Assembly (NCBI GenBank): GCA_041492755.1
Contig: JBGPXN010000030.1
Location: forward strand, 1-36,993
Origin: Candidatus Methylomirabilia bacterium
GTDB taxonomy: Bacteria > Methylomirabilota > Methylomirabilia > Rokubacteriales > CSP1-6
Direction of reading: 5' to 3'
DNA: 36,993 nucleotides
Of the stretch, positions 8,170-17,562 are shown one piece after another. How positions within the stretch are numbered: position 1 is the first letter of the stretch; the number at the start of each line of letters is the position of its first letter. A program made the position numbers and the translations under genes. The notes below the pieces were generated by a model that ran no database searches, was not told where the DNA came from, and saw only the letters and a program-made list of their open reading frames with translations.

Positions 8170-9005
8170 TGTATAGACGCGGTGTCGAAGCGTTTCTCAC
8201 GGCACTCGCCGCCTGGCTCGTGGCTGCCTCCCCGGTCCGCGCGCAGGAGCTCGTCCGCCTCGACACGCGCCCCGGCATCACACAGTCCTACTTCCTCGCT
8301 CGGGTCCCCACAGGCGCCCAGGCCGTCGCCCTGCTCTTTCCTGGTGGAGGCGGGTACATCCGCCTCCGCTCGGAAGGTGGTCAGATCAAGTTCGCCCCGG
8401 GCAATTTCCTCGTTCGGGTCCGGGGCGAGTTCGTGACACGCGGCGTCGTCGCGGCGATCATCGACGCGCCGTCGGACGCGCAGTCGGGCTGGGGCATGAC
8501 CGACGAGTTCCGCCTGGGCGATGCGCACCTCACCGACGTCCGGGCGATCCAGGCGGACCTGGGCCGGCGCTTCCCCGACCTGCCGGTCTTCCTCATCGGC
8601 ACCAGCCGGGGCACGGTGTCGGTCGCGAGCCTCGGCGCGCGGCTCGACCGCAACGTCGCGGGTGTCGTCCTCACGTCGAGCATGTATCGGGCCACCGGTT
8701 CACGCTCGTGGGAGCCGGGGCCCGGCCTCAGCCTGTTCGACTTCGCGCGGCTGAAGGTGCCCGTCCTCCTCGTCCACCATCGGGACGACGGCTGCCCCGC
8801 GACGCCGTACGTCGACGCGTACCACCTGGCCAAGACGTTCCCCCTCGTCACCGTCAAGGGTGGACGGCCGGCGACCTCGGGGGAGTGCGAGCCCATGAGC
8901 GCCCACGGCTACTTCGGCCGGGAGGGGGAGACGGTCGAGGCGATCGTGAACTGGATGCTGAAGCGGCCCTACGCGCGGGAGATCGGAGACCCGCCCGGCC
9001 GCTGA
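8169..9005 (+). CDS. Exported alpha/beta hydrolase
   Basis: Signal peptide (VRA|QE), GTSRG nucleophile elbow, HHRDDGC and AHGY motifs. Confidence 0.8.
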   Translation: MYRRGVEAFLTALAAWLVAASPVRAQELVRLDTRPGITQSYFLARVPTGAQAVALLFPGGGGYIRLRSEGGQIKFAPGNFLVRVRGEFVTRGVVAAIIDAPSDAQSGWGMTDEFRLGDAHLTDVRAIQADLGRRFPDLPVFLIGTSRGTVSVASLGARLDRNVAGVVLTSSMYRATGSRSWEPGPGLSLFDFARLKVPVLLVHHRDDGCPATPYVDAYHLAKTFPLVTVKGGRPATSGECEPMSAHGYFGREGETVEAIVNWMLKRPYAREIGDPPGR

Positions 9006-9035
9006 CGGCGGATGCCGCAGCGGTGCCGCCGCGCC

Positions 9036-9878
9036 TCATCGACCGACGACCCGGTTGTTCTGCACTCCGAGCCTGGTGATGCCCATTTCCACGACGTCTC
9101 CGGACTGGACGTAACGCGGGGGCTTCATCCCGTGCGCGACGCCCGCCGGGGTGCCGGTCGAGATGATGTCGCCGGCGCGCAGCGACATGAAGCGGCTGAC
9201 GTAGGCCACGAGCTGGCGCACGGTGAAGATCATGTTGGCGGTCCGGCCGCGCTGGCGTGATTCGCCGTTGACGGTCGTCCACACCTCGAGGGCCTGGGGA
9301 TCGCCGACCTCGTCGGCCGTGACCAGCCACGGGCCGATCGGCGCGAAGGTGTCGCAGCTCTTGCCCTTCGTCGTGGTCCCGCCGTGCTCCATCTGGAATG
9401 CGCGCTCCGAGAAGTCGTCCACGATGCAATACGCCGCGACGTGCTTGAGCGCGTCCGCCTCGCCGACGTTCAGCGCGTCGCGTCCGATGACGGCGCCGAG
9501 CTCGACCTCGTAGTCGAGCTTGACGGCGCCGCGGGGCCGCACGATGGGATCGCTCGGACCGGTGATGGCGCTGTTGGCCTTGATGAAGAGGAGCGGCTCC
9601 GTCGGCAGCGCCAGGCCCACCTCCTGCGCGTGGTCCGTGTAGTTGAGACCGATGCAGACGACCTTGCCGATGCCGGAGAGCGGGCAGCCGAGCCGGCGGC
9701 GGCCGCGAACCACGGGAAGCCGGGTCGTCTTGACCGCGCGCAGCCGCTTCAAGCCCGCGGGCGAGAGGACGTCCGGGGTGATGTCCTTCACCACCCGTGA
9801 GAGATCGCGCAGGGTGCCGTCCTCGTCGATGAGCCCGGGCTTCTCGGCCCGGGCGCGTCCGTAGCGTACGAGCTTCAT
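9036..9878 (-). CDS. Fumarylacetoacetate hydrolase family protein
   Basis: KVVCIGLNYTDH, LDYEVEL, GKSCDTFAPIGPW and GDIISTGTPAGV motifs; GAGGAGG RBS. Confidence 0.92.
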   Translation of the reverse strand: MKLVRYGRARAEKPGLIDEDGTLRDLSRVVKDITPDVLSPAGLKRLRAVKTTRLPVVRGRRRLGCPLSGIGKVVCIGLNYTDHAQEVGLALPTEPLLFIKANSAITGPSDPIVRPRGAVKLDYEVELGAVIGRDALNVGEADALKHVAAYCIVDDFSERAFQMEHGGTTTKGKSCDTFAPIGPWLVTADEVGDPQALEVWTTVNGESRQRGRTANMIFTVRQLVAYVSRFMSLRAGDIISTGTPAGVAHGMKPPRYVQSGDVVEMGITRLGVQNNRVVGR

Positions 9879-9959
9879 GAGCCAGGCCCTCCTCTTCCGC
9901 GTGATCGCGCGGGGGTCAGTCGGTGTTCATGAGCGTGCGCGCTGGTGCGAGCGCGCGCC

Positions 9960-9988
9960 ATGATAGGTGGACGTCGAAGGGGCGTCAA
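9960..9988 (-). promoter_or_regulatory. Sigma70-like promoter for the FAH gene
   Basis: TTGACG-N17-TATCAT on the minus strand. Confidence 0.6.
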
Positions 9989-10120
9989 TCCGTCGATTCG
10001 CATACTTGAGGCGGTCGCCTGACCGCTGGTAGTCTCTCGCTCTATGTGTCGTCCGCTCACTCAGTATCATCCGCGCTCGGTGCCGTCTGAGGCGCCTCAC
10101 AGGCCAGCGGTCACCGATCG

Positions 10121-11302
10121 GTGAGCGCTCGATCCTGGATCCGGCACCCGGTGGTGCTGGTGGTCAGCAGCATCCTGATCGCGCTGGTGATCGTCGAAGG
10201 AGGGCTGCGCCTGGCCACCGCGCGTCAATGGGGCCGCGGTGACAGTCTCGGGATCACCGACCGGATCGTCCATCACCGCTTCCGCCCGAACGCCGAGAAA
10301 AAAGTCAGCGGTTCCTGGTACCGCACGAACTCGCTCGGGCTGCGCGATCATGAGTACGCGGCGCCGCCGCCGGCGGGGACCTATCGCATCCTGATGCTCG
10401 GCGACTCGTTCACCGAAGGCTTCCGGCTCGCCTTCGAGGACAGCGTGGCCAAGCGGGTGGAGCGCGGGCTGAACGACGGGCGCTGCCGGGGCCGCTACGA
10501 GGTCATCAACGCCGGGATCGGCAGCTACTCGCCGATCCTCGAGTACCTGCTGTTCAGGCAGCTCGCCGACCGGCTGCGCCCGCACATGGTCGTGCAGAAC
10601 TTCGACATGACCGACGTGCACGACGACTTCATTCGCTCGCGGGTGGCCGTCTTCGACGGCGCCGGGTTGCCGCTGGCGGTGCCGAACGACCCGCGCACGG
10701 AGGCCGCCCTGCTCTTGCCCCCGCTGGTGCGGTCGGACGGAGCGCTCGCCGCCGTCGAGCGCGGGGCGAACCGGCTCGTGCTCTACCAGGCGTTCCGCCG
10801 GTCCGTGGTCGGGGAGCGGCTGCTCGGACCGGTGCGGCTCACGCCGGAGCAGCTCGCCGAGCGCGGGCTGGTGGGGAACGTCCAGTACGACGTCGTCGCC
10901 GCCGTGCGCGACGGCGAGCATCCCGGACTGGCCGAGGCGTGGCGGGCCACCGAGGGGTACGTGATGGCGACACGCGATCTGGCCCGGCGACGAGGGATGG
11001 CGTACGTGTTGGTGAGCTACCCGCATCCGTACCAGGTCACGGCGACGGCCTCGCCGCTCGGGCGGCGAAAGCTCGGGGTGGGGGCGGGTATCGTCGGCGA
11101 CGAGCGGCCGTTCCGCCGTCTCGAGGAGCTAGGGCGGCGGGAACGCTTCCCCGTCGTCAACCTTCTGGGCTTTTTTCGGGAGAACGAGCGGCCGGGCGCG
11201 CCGCTGTTTTCCGAGCGCGACTTTCACCACACGCAGGAAGGCTCGCGGATCTTCGGCGCCGGGATGCTCCAGGGGCTTTCCCCGCTTGTGCCGGGGTGCT
11301 AG
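10121..11302 (+). CDS. Membrane-anchored SGNH/GDSL hydrolase family protein
   Basis: N-terminal TM helix; TNSLGLRD, ILMLGDSFTEG, EVINAGIG and DFHH motifs. Confidence 0.8.
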   Translation: MSARSWIRHPVVLVVSSILIALVIVEGGLRLATARQWGRGDSLGITDRIVHHRFRPNAEKKVSGSWYRTNSLGLRDHEYAAPPPAGTYRILMLGDSFTEGFRLAFEDSVAKRVERGLNDGRCRGRYEVINAGIGSYSPILEYLLFRQLADRLRPHMVVQNFDMTDVHDDFIRSRVAVFDGAGLPLAVPNDPRTEAALLLPPLVRSDGALAAVERGANRLVLYQAFRRSVVGERLLGPVRLTPEQLAERGLVGNVQYDVVAAVRDGEHPGLAEAWRATEGYVMATRDLARRRGMAYVLVSYPHPYQVTATASPLGRRKLGVGAGIVGDERPFRRLEELGRRERFPVVNLLGFFRENERPGAPLFSERDFHHTQEGSRIFGAGMLQGLSPLVPGC

Positions 11303-11375
11303 GCTCCGGTGCTAGTATGGGCCACGATCTGAGGCGGGGGCATCTGAGCGGGGCATTTGGACCGAGGAGCTTTCC

Positions 11376-12251
11376 ATGAAGATTTGCATTTTCATTGACG
11401 GGCAGAACTTCTACCGCTCCCTCCAGCGCTACGACGACTCCCTCCGTGTCGATTACGATCGTCTCGCCGCGTGGATCACGCAGGCGGCCGGCGGTCCCGG
11501 CTCACTCTTCGGCGGCGCCTACTACTACGTGGGTGTCTCCGCCGACGCCCCGCCGCTCGTGGAGGGCTTCCTCAAGGGACTGGAGCTGCGCCCCGGGTAC
11601 TTCGTCAAGCGCGAGGCGCGGGTCCGGCGCTCGAACCGCTGTCCCGCCTGCGGGGTGGACTACGAGTACACCACCGAGAAGCGGGTCGACACACGGCTCG
11701 TGGCCGACCTCATCCTGGCTGCCGCCAACGGCGCCTTCGACGCCGCCGTGCTCGTGTCCGGTGACGCCGACTTCGTTCCCGCGGTCGAAGCGGTCAACGC
11801 GCTCGGCAAGCAGGTCTGGGTGGCGACGTGGTCTTCGGACGAGCTCTCGACCGACCTGCGGGTGCGCTGCTTCGGTCACCTGCAGCTCGCCGAAGGGCTG
11901 CCCGCGTTCCGGGTCGAGCGCCGCGCCGAACGCGATCGGGGACCGAGCCTGGCGCGGGTCGACGGACGCGTCACCCGCCTGCCCGAGAGGATGGCGAACA
12001 CGCTGATCGAGCGTGGACTGGCCGAGCTGCAGCGGGCGGAGGCCCGCCTCCCGCACGTCAGCCGAGGGTACTTCGTCACCCGGTGGCGATCGCATCAGCT
12101 GCCGCCGGCCGGCCACGAGCGCGAGGCGCTGGTCCAGCAGCTCATCGACGAAGGGCTCGCCGAGGAGTTCGAGGTCGTCGACGCGGAGGGCCGCTCCGTG
12201 CGGGCCATCCGCAGCCGGGAGTCGCAACCCGGTATCGCGCTGTCACGCTAG
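11376..12251 (+). CDS. NYN (LabA/DUF88) domain protein with a CxxC insert and an extra C-terminal domain
   Basis: IFIDGQNF, EKRVD and LVSGDADF acidic NYN motifs; RCPACG; GAGGAG RBS. Confidence 0.85.
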   Translation: MKICIFIDGQNFYRSLQRYDDSLRVDYDRLAAWITQAAGGPGSLFGGAYYYVGVSADAPPLVEGFLKGLELRPGYFVKREARVRRSNRCPACGVDYEYTTEKRVDTRLVADLILAAANGAFDAAVLVSGDADFVPAVEAVNALGKQVWVATWSSDELSTDLRVRCFGHLQLAEGLPAFRVERRAERDRGPSLARVDGRVTRLPERMANTLIERGLAELQRAEARLPHVSRGYFVTRWRSHQLPPAGHEREALVQQLIDEGLAEEFEVVDAEGRSVRAIRSRESQPGIALSR

Positions 12252-12274
12252 CGCCCCGCGTCCAGGCAGGCACG

Positions 12275-13426
12275 ATGGACTTCCGCTACACCCCCGAGCA
12301 GGAAGAGCTCATCCGGACGCTGCGCGTGTTCGCGCGCAAGGAGCTGGCGCCGCGATCGCAGTCCTGGGACAAGACCGCGGAGTTCCCGTGGGACATCTGG
12401 CGCCAGATGGGCGAGCTCGGATTGCTCGGCCTGCGGGCGCCCGTGGCGTACGGCGGGCAGGAGGCCGACCTGCTCACGACCGGAATCGCCACCGAGGAGA
12501 TCGGGCGGGGCGACTTCAGCTGCACCTACGGCATCCAGCTCTCCGGGTTCGCGGGTGAGCTGATCGGTCGCAACGGGAGGGAGGAGCTCAAGCGCCAGTG
12601 GCTCCCGCCGACCACGCGCGGCGAAACCATCATCGCGCTCGGGCTCACCGAGCCGCACGCTGGCTCCGACGCGGCCAACCTCGCGTGTCGCGCCGTGCGC
12701 GAGGGCGACGAGTACGTGCTGACGGGCGAGAAGTCGGGGATCAGTCTCGGCATGGTCGCTCACGCCACCATCGTGTTCGCCAAGACGGATCCCACTGGCC
12801 GTGCGCGTGGTGTCACGGCCTTCCTGGTGCCGATGGACCGGCCGGGGGTGTCGCGGAGTCCGTTGCGCGACCTCGGCTCGCGGGCGGTGGCCCGGGCCGT
12901 GATCGCGTTCGATCACGTCCGCATTCCCGTCTCGCATCGATTGGGCGAGGAAGGCACCGGCTTCTACCAGGTCATGCAGGGCTTCGACTACAACCGCGTC
13001 CTCATCGCCCTCGCCAGCCTCGGTCAGGCCCAGGTCTCGCTGGACGAGACCATTGCCTACGTCAAGGAGCGTCGGGCCTTCGGCAAGATCCTCGCCCAGT
13101 ACGAAGGCATCTCGTTTCCCATCGCGGAGGCGGCCACGTACATCGACGCGTGCCGGCTGCTGTGTTACCGCGCGCTGTGGCAGGCCGATCGCGGTGAGCC
13201 GTACACGAAAGAGTCGGCGATGGTGAAGTGGTGGGGGCCGAAGCTGGCCGTCGAGACCATCCACCAGTGCCTGCTGCAGCACGGCCACTACGGCTACACC
13301 GACGAGCTGCCGTTCGAGCAGCGCCTGCGCGACGTGATCGGCCTCGAGATCGGCGACGGCACCGCGGAGGTCATGAAGCTGGTCGTCGCCCGCGAGCTGA
13401 TCGGGCGCGAGAGCCTGCCGTACTGA
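12275..13426 (+). CDS. aliB: Acyl-CoA dehydrogenase, cyclohexanecarboxyl-CoA dehydrogenase-like
   Basis: MDFRYTPEQ; LTEPHAGSD; GFDYNR; KWWGPK...HQCLLQHGHYGY...RDVIGLEIGDGT resembles the AliB subfamily (recalled); aliA-like neighbour. Confidence 0.75.
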   Translation: MDFRYTPEQEELIRTLRVFARKELAPRSQSWDKTAEFPWDIWRQMGELGLLGLRAPVAYGGQEADLLTTGIATEEIGRGDFSCTYGIQLSGFAGELIGRNGREELKRQWLPPTTRGETIIALGLTEPHAGSDAANLACRAVREGDEYVLTGEKSGISLGMVAHATIVFAKTDPTGRARGVTAFLVPMDRPGVSRSPLRDLGSRAVARAVIAFDHVRIPVSHRLGEEGTGFYQVMQGFDYNRVLIALASLGQAQVSLDETIAYVKERRAFGKILAQYEGISFPIAEAATYIDACRLLCYRALWQADRGEPYTKESAMVKWWGPKLAVETIHQCLLQHGHYGYTDELPFEQRLRDVIGLEIGDGTAEVMKLVVARELIGRESLPY

Positions 13427-14232
13427 ACATCTCCGCGGCCGACCCGTCCGCCCGTCGCGTCGCCGTCGTGCTCGGCGGCTCGCGCGGGATCGGGCGAGGC
13501 ATCGCGCTCCGCATGGCGGCCGACGGCCTGGACTGCGCCATCACGTACCGCCGCCAGGCCGAGGCCGCCCAGGAGACCGTGGCCGCGATCGAACGTCACG
13601 GAGGTCGTGGATTGGCGCTGGCGCTCGATCTGCGCGAGCCGGACCGCGTGGCGGGGATGATGGAGGAAGTCGGCAAGACGTTCCGTCGCGTCGACGTCCT
13701 GGTCGCGAATGCCGCGGCCACGGCCTTCCGTCCGATCGAAGCACAAAAGTCGCACAACGTTCGCCAGACCCTCGCGCTCTCGATCGAGAGCTTCGTGGCC
13801 GCGGTCCAGGCCGCGCTGCCCTTCATGGCGGGACCCGCGGGCCGCGTGGTCGTGGTGTCGGGTATCGACAGCCACCAGGCGATGACCGGCCATGGCATGC
13901 TGGGCGCGGCCAAGGCGGCGCTGGAGAGTCTCGTGCGGGCGCTGGCCTATGAGCTCGGACCGCGTGGGATCACCGTCAACGCCATCAGTCCCGGTTTCGT
14001 CGAGACGGATTCGTCCCGCGTGTACATGGAATCGCTCGGGCTCGGCCCCGCCGAGGCCGAAGCGCGGCTGGCCGCGATGACGCCGGTGCGCCGGGTCGGG
14101 ACGGTGGACGACGTCGCCGCGCTCGTGGCATACCTGGCGTCGGCGGCGGCCGGCTTCCTCACCGGACAGACCATCGTGATCGACGGCGGCCTGACGATCG
14201 TGTCTCCGTTGAGCCGCCTGGCCGGCGAGTGA
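13423..14232 (+). CDS. SDR oxidoreductase, FabL-like enoyl reductase; probable CTG start overlapping the upstream stop
   Basis: GGSRGIG, NAAATAFRP and HGMLGAAKAALESL motifs; no ATG before the Rossmann motif. Confidence 0.8.
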   Translation: MNISAADPSARRVAVVLGGSRGIGRGIALRMAADGLDCAITYRRQAEAAQETVAAIERHGGRGLALALDLREPDRVAGMMEEVGKTFRRVDVLVANAAATAFRPIEAQKSHNVRQTLALSIESFVAAVQAALPFMAGPAGRVVVVSGIDSHQAMTGHGMLGAAKAALESLVRALAYELGPRGITVNAISPGFVETDSSRVYMESLGLGPAEAEARLAAMTPVRRVGTVDDVAALVAYLASAAAGFLTGQTIVIDGGLTIVSPLSRLAGE

Positions 14233-14295
14233 GTCGTTCGGCCCGTCGCCGAGCCGTCGGGCCTGGCCGTTGAGCCGTTTGGAAGGGGAGAGCGT

Positions 14296-15090
14296 ATGGA
14301 CCTGAACCTGGCGGGCAAGAGCGTCATCGTCACCGGCGGTGGATCGAACATCGGCCGCGCCATCAGCCTCGCCTTCGCGCGTGAGCGCGTGAACCTGGCC
14401 ATCGCGGAGATCGACGAGGGGGCGGCCCGGAAGGCCGCGGCGGCGGCGGAGGGGCTGGGCGCGAAGGCGATCGCGGTGCCGACCGACGTGACCAAGTGGG
14501 AGAGCGTGCAGGCGATGGTGCGCACGGTCGAGGACCGCTTCGGCCGCGTCGACGTCCTCGTCAACAACGTCGGCTGGGTCCGCGACGCGCTCTTCATGGA
14601 GAAGCCGCGGGAGGAGTGGCAGCGCGAGATCGAGATCAACCTCTGGTCCATGATCAACTGCACGCGCGCCGTGCTCGACGGCATGGTCGCGCGCAAGGCG
14701 GGCGCCATCGTCAGCATGGGCTCGGACGCCGGGCGCATCGGCGAGTTCCGCGAGGGCGTGTACGGCGCCTGCAAAGCCGGGGTGATGGCCCTCAGCAAGA
14801 GCATCGCGCGCGAGGTCGGCAAGTTCGGCGTGCGCCTCAACGTGGTGTGCCCGGGCATGACCATGCCGAACGACGACGAGGAGATCAGCGCGCTGTCGAT
14901 GTGGAACGCCCAGGAAAACCGCGCCTGGATGACGCCCGAGATGCGCGCCCGCATCGGCAAGGCCTACCCGCTCCGGCGCGTGGCGCGGCCGGAGGACGTC
15001 ACGGGTGCCGTGCTGTTCCTGGCCTCGGACGCGGCGGCGTTCATCACCGGCCAGGTGATGAGCGTCAGCGGCGGCTATACGATGATGTGA
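14296..15090 (+). CDS. SDR, 2-hydroxycyclohexanecarboxyl-CoA dehydrogenase (BadH)-like
   Basis: TGGGSNIG, NNVGW, SDAGRIG, YGACK and ITGQVMSVSGG motifs; cluster context. Confidence 0.75.
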   Translation: MDLNLAGKSVIVTGGGSNIGRAISLAFARERVNLAIAEIDEGAARKAAAAAEGLGAKAIAVPTDVTKWESVQAMVRTVEDRFGRVDVLVNNVGWVRDALFMEKPREEWQREIEINLWSMINCTRAVLDGMVARKAGAIVSMGSDAGRIGEFREGVYGACKAGVMALSKSIAREVGKFGVRLNVVCPGMTMPNDDEEISALSMWNAQENRAWMTPEMRARIGKAYPLRRVARPEDVTGAVLFLASDAAAFITGQVMSVSGGYTMM

Positions 15091-15098
15091 GGGCGGCC

Positions 15099-15872
15099 AT
15101 GGGCGACACCGTTCTCCTCTCGATCGAAGATTCCATCGCGCGCATCGTCCTGAATCGCCCGCAACAGCTCAACGCCATCAGCCCCGCGCTGCTCGACGAT
15201 CTCGACGCGGCCTGTGAGCGCGTCGAGCGGGAGCCGGCGGTCAAGGTGGCCACGCTGACGGCGAATGGCCGGGTGTTCTGCGCGGGCGCCGACCTCAAGA
15301 CGGTGCAGACGCTGGCGCCGGACGCCGAGCGCTGGAGCGCGTTCATCCGGGGATGGCATCGCGTGTTCAACCGGCTGGAGGCGCTGCCCGTCCCGCTGGT
15401 GGCCGGCGTCCATGGCCTGGCCCTCGCCGGCGGACTCGAGCTCGTGCTGGTCGCGGACCTCGTGGTCGCGGACGCCGAGGCGCGGCTCGGCGATCAGCAC
15501 GCGAACTTCGGGCTGGTGGCCGGCGGCGGTGGCAGCCAGCGACTGCCGCGGCTCATCGGTGCCCGGCGCGCGAAGGAGCTGATGCTGCTGGGCGGCTGGC
15601 TGAGCGCCGAGGAGGCGCGCGCGTGGGGGCTCGTCAACCGCGTCGCGCCGCCGGGGACGCTGGCCGCCGTCGTCGACGAGCTGGCCGGCAGCCTCGCGGC
15701 GAAGAGCGGCTCGGCCAACCGGACGGTGAAGACGCTCGTCAACCGCGCCGGAGATGACGACCTGGCCACCGGGCTCGCGGCGGAGATCGAGCTCGTCGCT
15801 CGCCACATGCGCTCGCCGGACGCGGCGGAGGGGCTGCGCGCGTTCGTCGAGAAGCGCGCGCCGAAGTTCTAG
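15099..15872 (+). CDS. Enoyl-CoA hydratase/isomerase
   Basis: LNRPQQLNAI, FCAGADL, ALAGGLEL and GGSQRLPRLIG motifs. Confidence 0.9.
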   Translation: MGDTVLLSIEDSIARIVLNRPQQLNAISPALLDDLDAACERVEREPAVKVATLTANGRVFCAGADLKTVQTLAPDAERWSAFIRGWHRVFNRLEALPVPLVAGVHGLALAGGLELVLVADLVVADAEARLGDQHANFGLVAGGGGSQRLPRLIGARRAKELMLLGGWLSAEEARAWGLVNRVAPPGTLAAVVDELAGSLAAKSGSANRTVKTLVNRAGDDDLATGLAAEIELVARHMRSPDAAEGLRAFVEKRAPKF

Positions 15873-15902
15873 TCACGTGGACGTTCGCGACACGGCCTCC
15901 GT

Positions 15903-17558
15903 ATGTTTCGGGCCGTGAACGAGTCGGCCGCCGTACCCGCGGACCGAATCCGGGCCCTGACCGACGCCGGATACTGGAAGAACGAGACGCTCGACCGGTA
16001 TCTGGACCGCTGGGCAACCGAGCGGCCCGACAAGCCGGCCATCGTCGACGCCAGCGGTGCGTACACGTGGGCGGAGCTCGCGCGGACGGTGGAGCGGGTC
16101 GCCCATGGGTTGCAGGCGGCCGGACTCGGCCCGGGGGCCATCGTGTCTTGCCAGCTGCCGAACTGGAACGAGTTCATCCTGCTCGCGCTCGCGACGATCC
16201 GGCTCGGCGGCGTCCTCAATCCCATCCCGCCCACGTACCGCGCCAACGAGCTGCGGTTCATCCTCCGCGCGCTGGAGGCCCAGGCGTTCGTCGTCCCCGC
16301 CCGGTTTCGCAATTTCGACTACGCGGGCATGGTCGACGGGCTGCGTCCCGAGGTCCCGAGCCTTGCCCACGTGTTCGTCGCGCGCGGCGAGCCCGGCCCC
16401 GGTATGCGGCCGTTCAGGGCGCTGACCGACAGGGCGTGGGAGGCTCGTGAGGGCCGCCGGCCGCTGGTCGGAACCGATCCCAACGTCGTCAGCGAGGTCA
16501 TCTTCACCTCGGGGACCACGGGCGAGCCCAAGGGAGTCATGCACACCTCGAACACCGTGCTGTCCATCATCTATCCGCTGATCGAGCGCCTGGGCTTTCA
16601 CGGGGGCGACATCGCGCTCATGTCGTCGACCTTCGGCCACCAGACGGGGTACCTGTACGGTTACTGCCTGACGCTGCTCCTGGGCTCGACGGGGGTCTGG
16701 CTGGACGTGTGGAACGCGGAAGAGGCGGCGCGGCTGATCGAGGCCCGCCGGGTGACGTACACGATGGGCGCGACGCCGTTTCTTCAAGATTTGACCTACG
16801 CGCCGGCGCTCGAGCGCCACGACACTTCGTCGCTGCGCCTCTTCATCTCGGCCGGCGCCTCGATTCCGCGCAAGCTCGTGCAGGACGCCCGCCAGCGGCT
16901 GCGGTGCGCGATCTCCGCGGGGTGGGGGATGTCCGAGAACGGCCTGGTGAGCTGCAACGGCTTGAACGATTCCGAGGAGAAAGTGTTCGCCACCGACGGC
17001 CGCCCGCTGCGCGGGATGGAGCTCCTGGTCGTCGATGAGGCGAGCCGGCCCCTGCCCGCCGAGAACGAAGGCGATCTGCTCGTGCGCGGACACGCCCAGT
17101 TCGTGGGCTACTGGAAACGGCCGGAGTTCACCCGTGAGGGCCACACCGCCGACGGCTGGTTCAAGACCGGCGACCGCGCCACCCTGGACGCCGACGGCTA
17201 CGTGTCGATCACCGGTCGCTCGAAGGACCTCATCATCCGCGGTGGCGAGAACATCTCGGTGGCCGAGGTCGAGAACCTGCTCTATGCCCACCCGAAGGTG
17301 GCCAGCGTGGCCGTCGTCGCCATGCCCGACCCGCGGCTGGTGGAGCGGGCCTGCGCGTTCGTCGTCCCGCGGCCGGGGTCGCCGCCCACGCTGCAGGAGC
17401 TGTGCGCATTCCTGGAGTCGCGCCAGCTCGCCCGCCACAAGCTTCCCGAGCGGCTCGAGCTCGTCGAGGAGTTCCCGATGACGCCGAGCGGGAAGATCCA
17501 GAAGTACAAGCTCCGCGAGTCGGTCGCCGCCAAGCTCGGACTCCCGTCCATCCGCTGA
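15903..17558 (+). CDS. aliA: AMP-forming acyl-CoA ligase, cyclohexanecarboxylate-CoA ligase-like (start may be GTG 15915)
   Basis: CQLPNWNEF, FTSGTTGEPKGVMH, GWGMSENG, GRSKDLIIRGGEN and PMTPSGKIQK motifs. Confidence 0.75.
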   Translation: MFRAVNESAAVPADRIRALTDAGYWKNETLDRYLDRWATERPDKPAIVDASGAYTWAELARTVERVAHGLQAAGLGPGAIVSCQLPNWNEFILLALATIRLGGVLNPIPPTYRANELRFILRALEAQAFVVPARFRNFDYAGMVDGLRPEVPSLAHVFVARGEPGPGMRPFRALTDRAWEAREGRRPLVGTDPNVVSEVIFTSGTTGEPKGVMHTSNTVLSIIYPLIERLGFHGGDIALMSSTFGHQTGYLYGYCLTLLLGSTGVWLDVWNAEEAARLIEARRVTYTMGATPFLQDLTYAPALERHDTSSLRLFISAGASIPRKLVQDARQRLRCAISAGWGMSENGLVSCNGLNDSEEKVFATDGRPLRGMELLVVDEASRPLPAENEGDLLVRGHAQFVGYWKRPEFTREGHTADGWFKTGDRATLDADGYVSITGRSKDLIIRGGENISVAEVENLLYAHPKVASVAVVAMPDPRLVERACAFVVPRPGSPPTLQELCAFLESRQLARHKLPERLELVEEFPMTPSGKIQKYKLRESVAAKLGLPSIR

Positions 17559-17562
17559 CCCG

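Noticed and set aside
11828..12274. Long N-terminal extensions in the ORF track (11828, 13228, 14496, 28236, and 22302 on the minus strand)
   Set aside because: They overlap the upstream genes out of frame; the real starts lie downstream at family-typical N-termini
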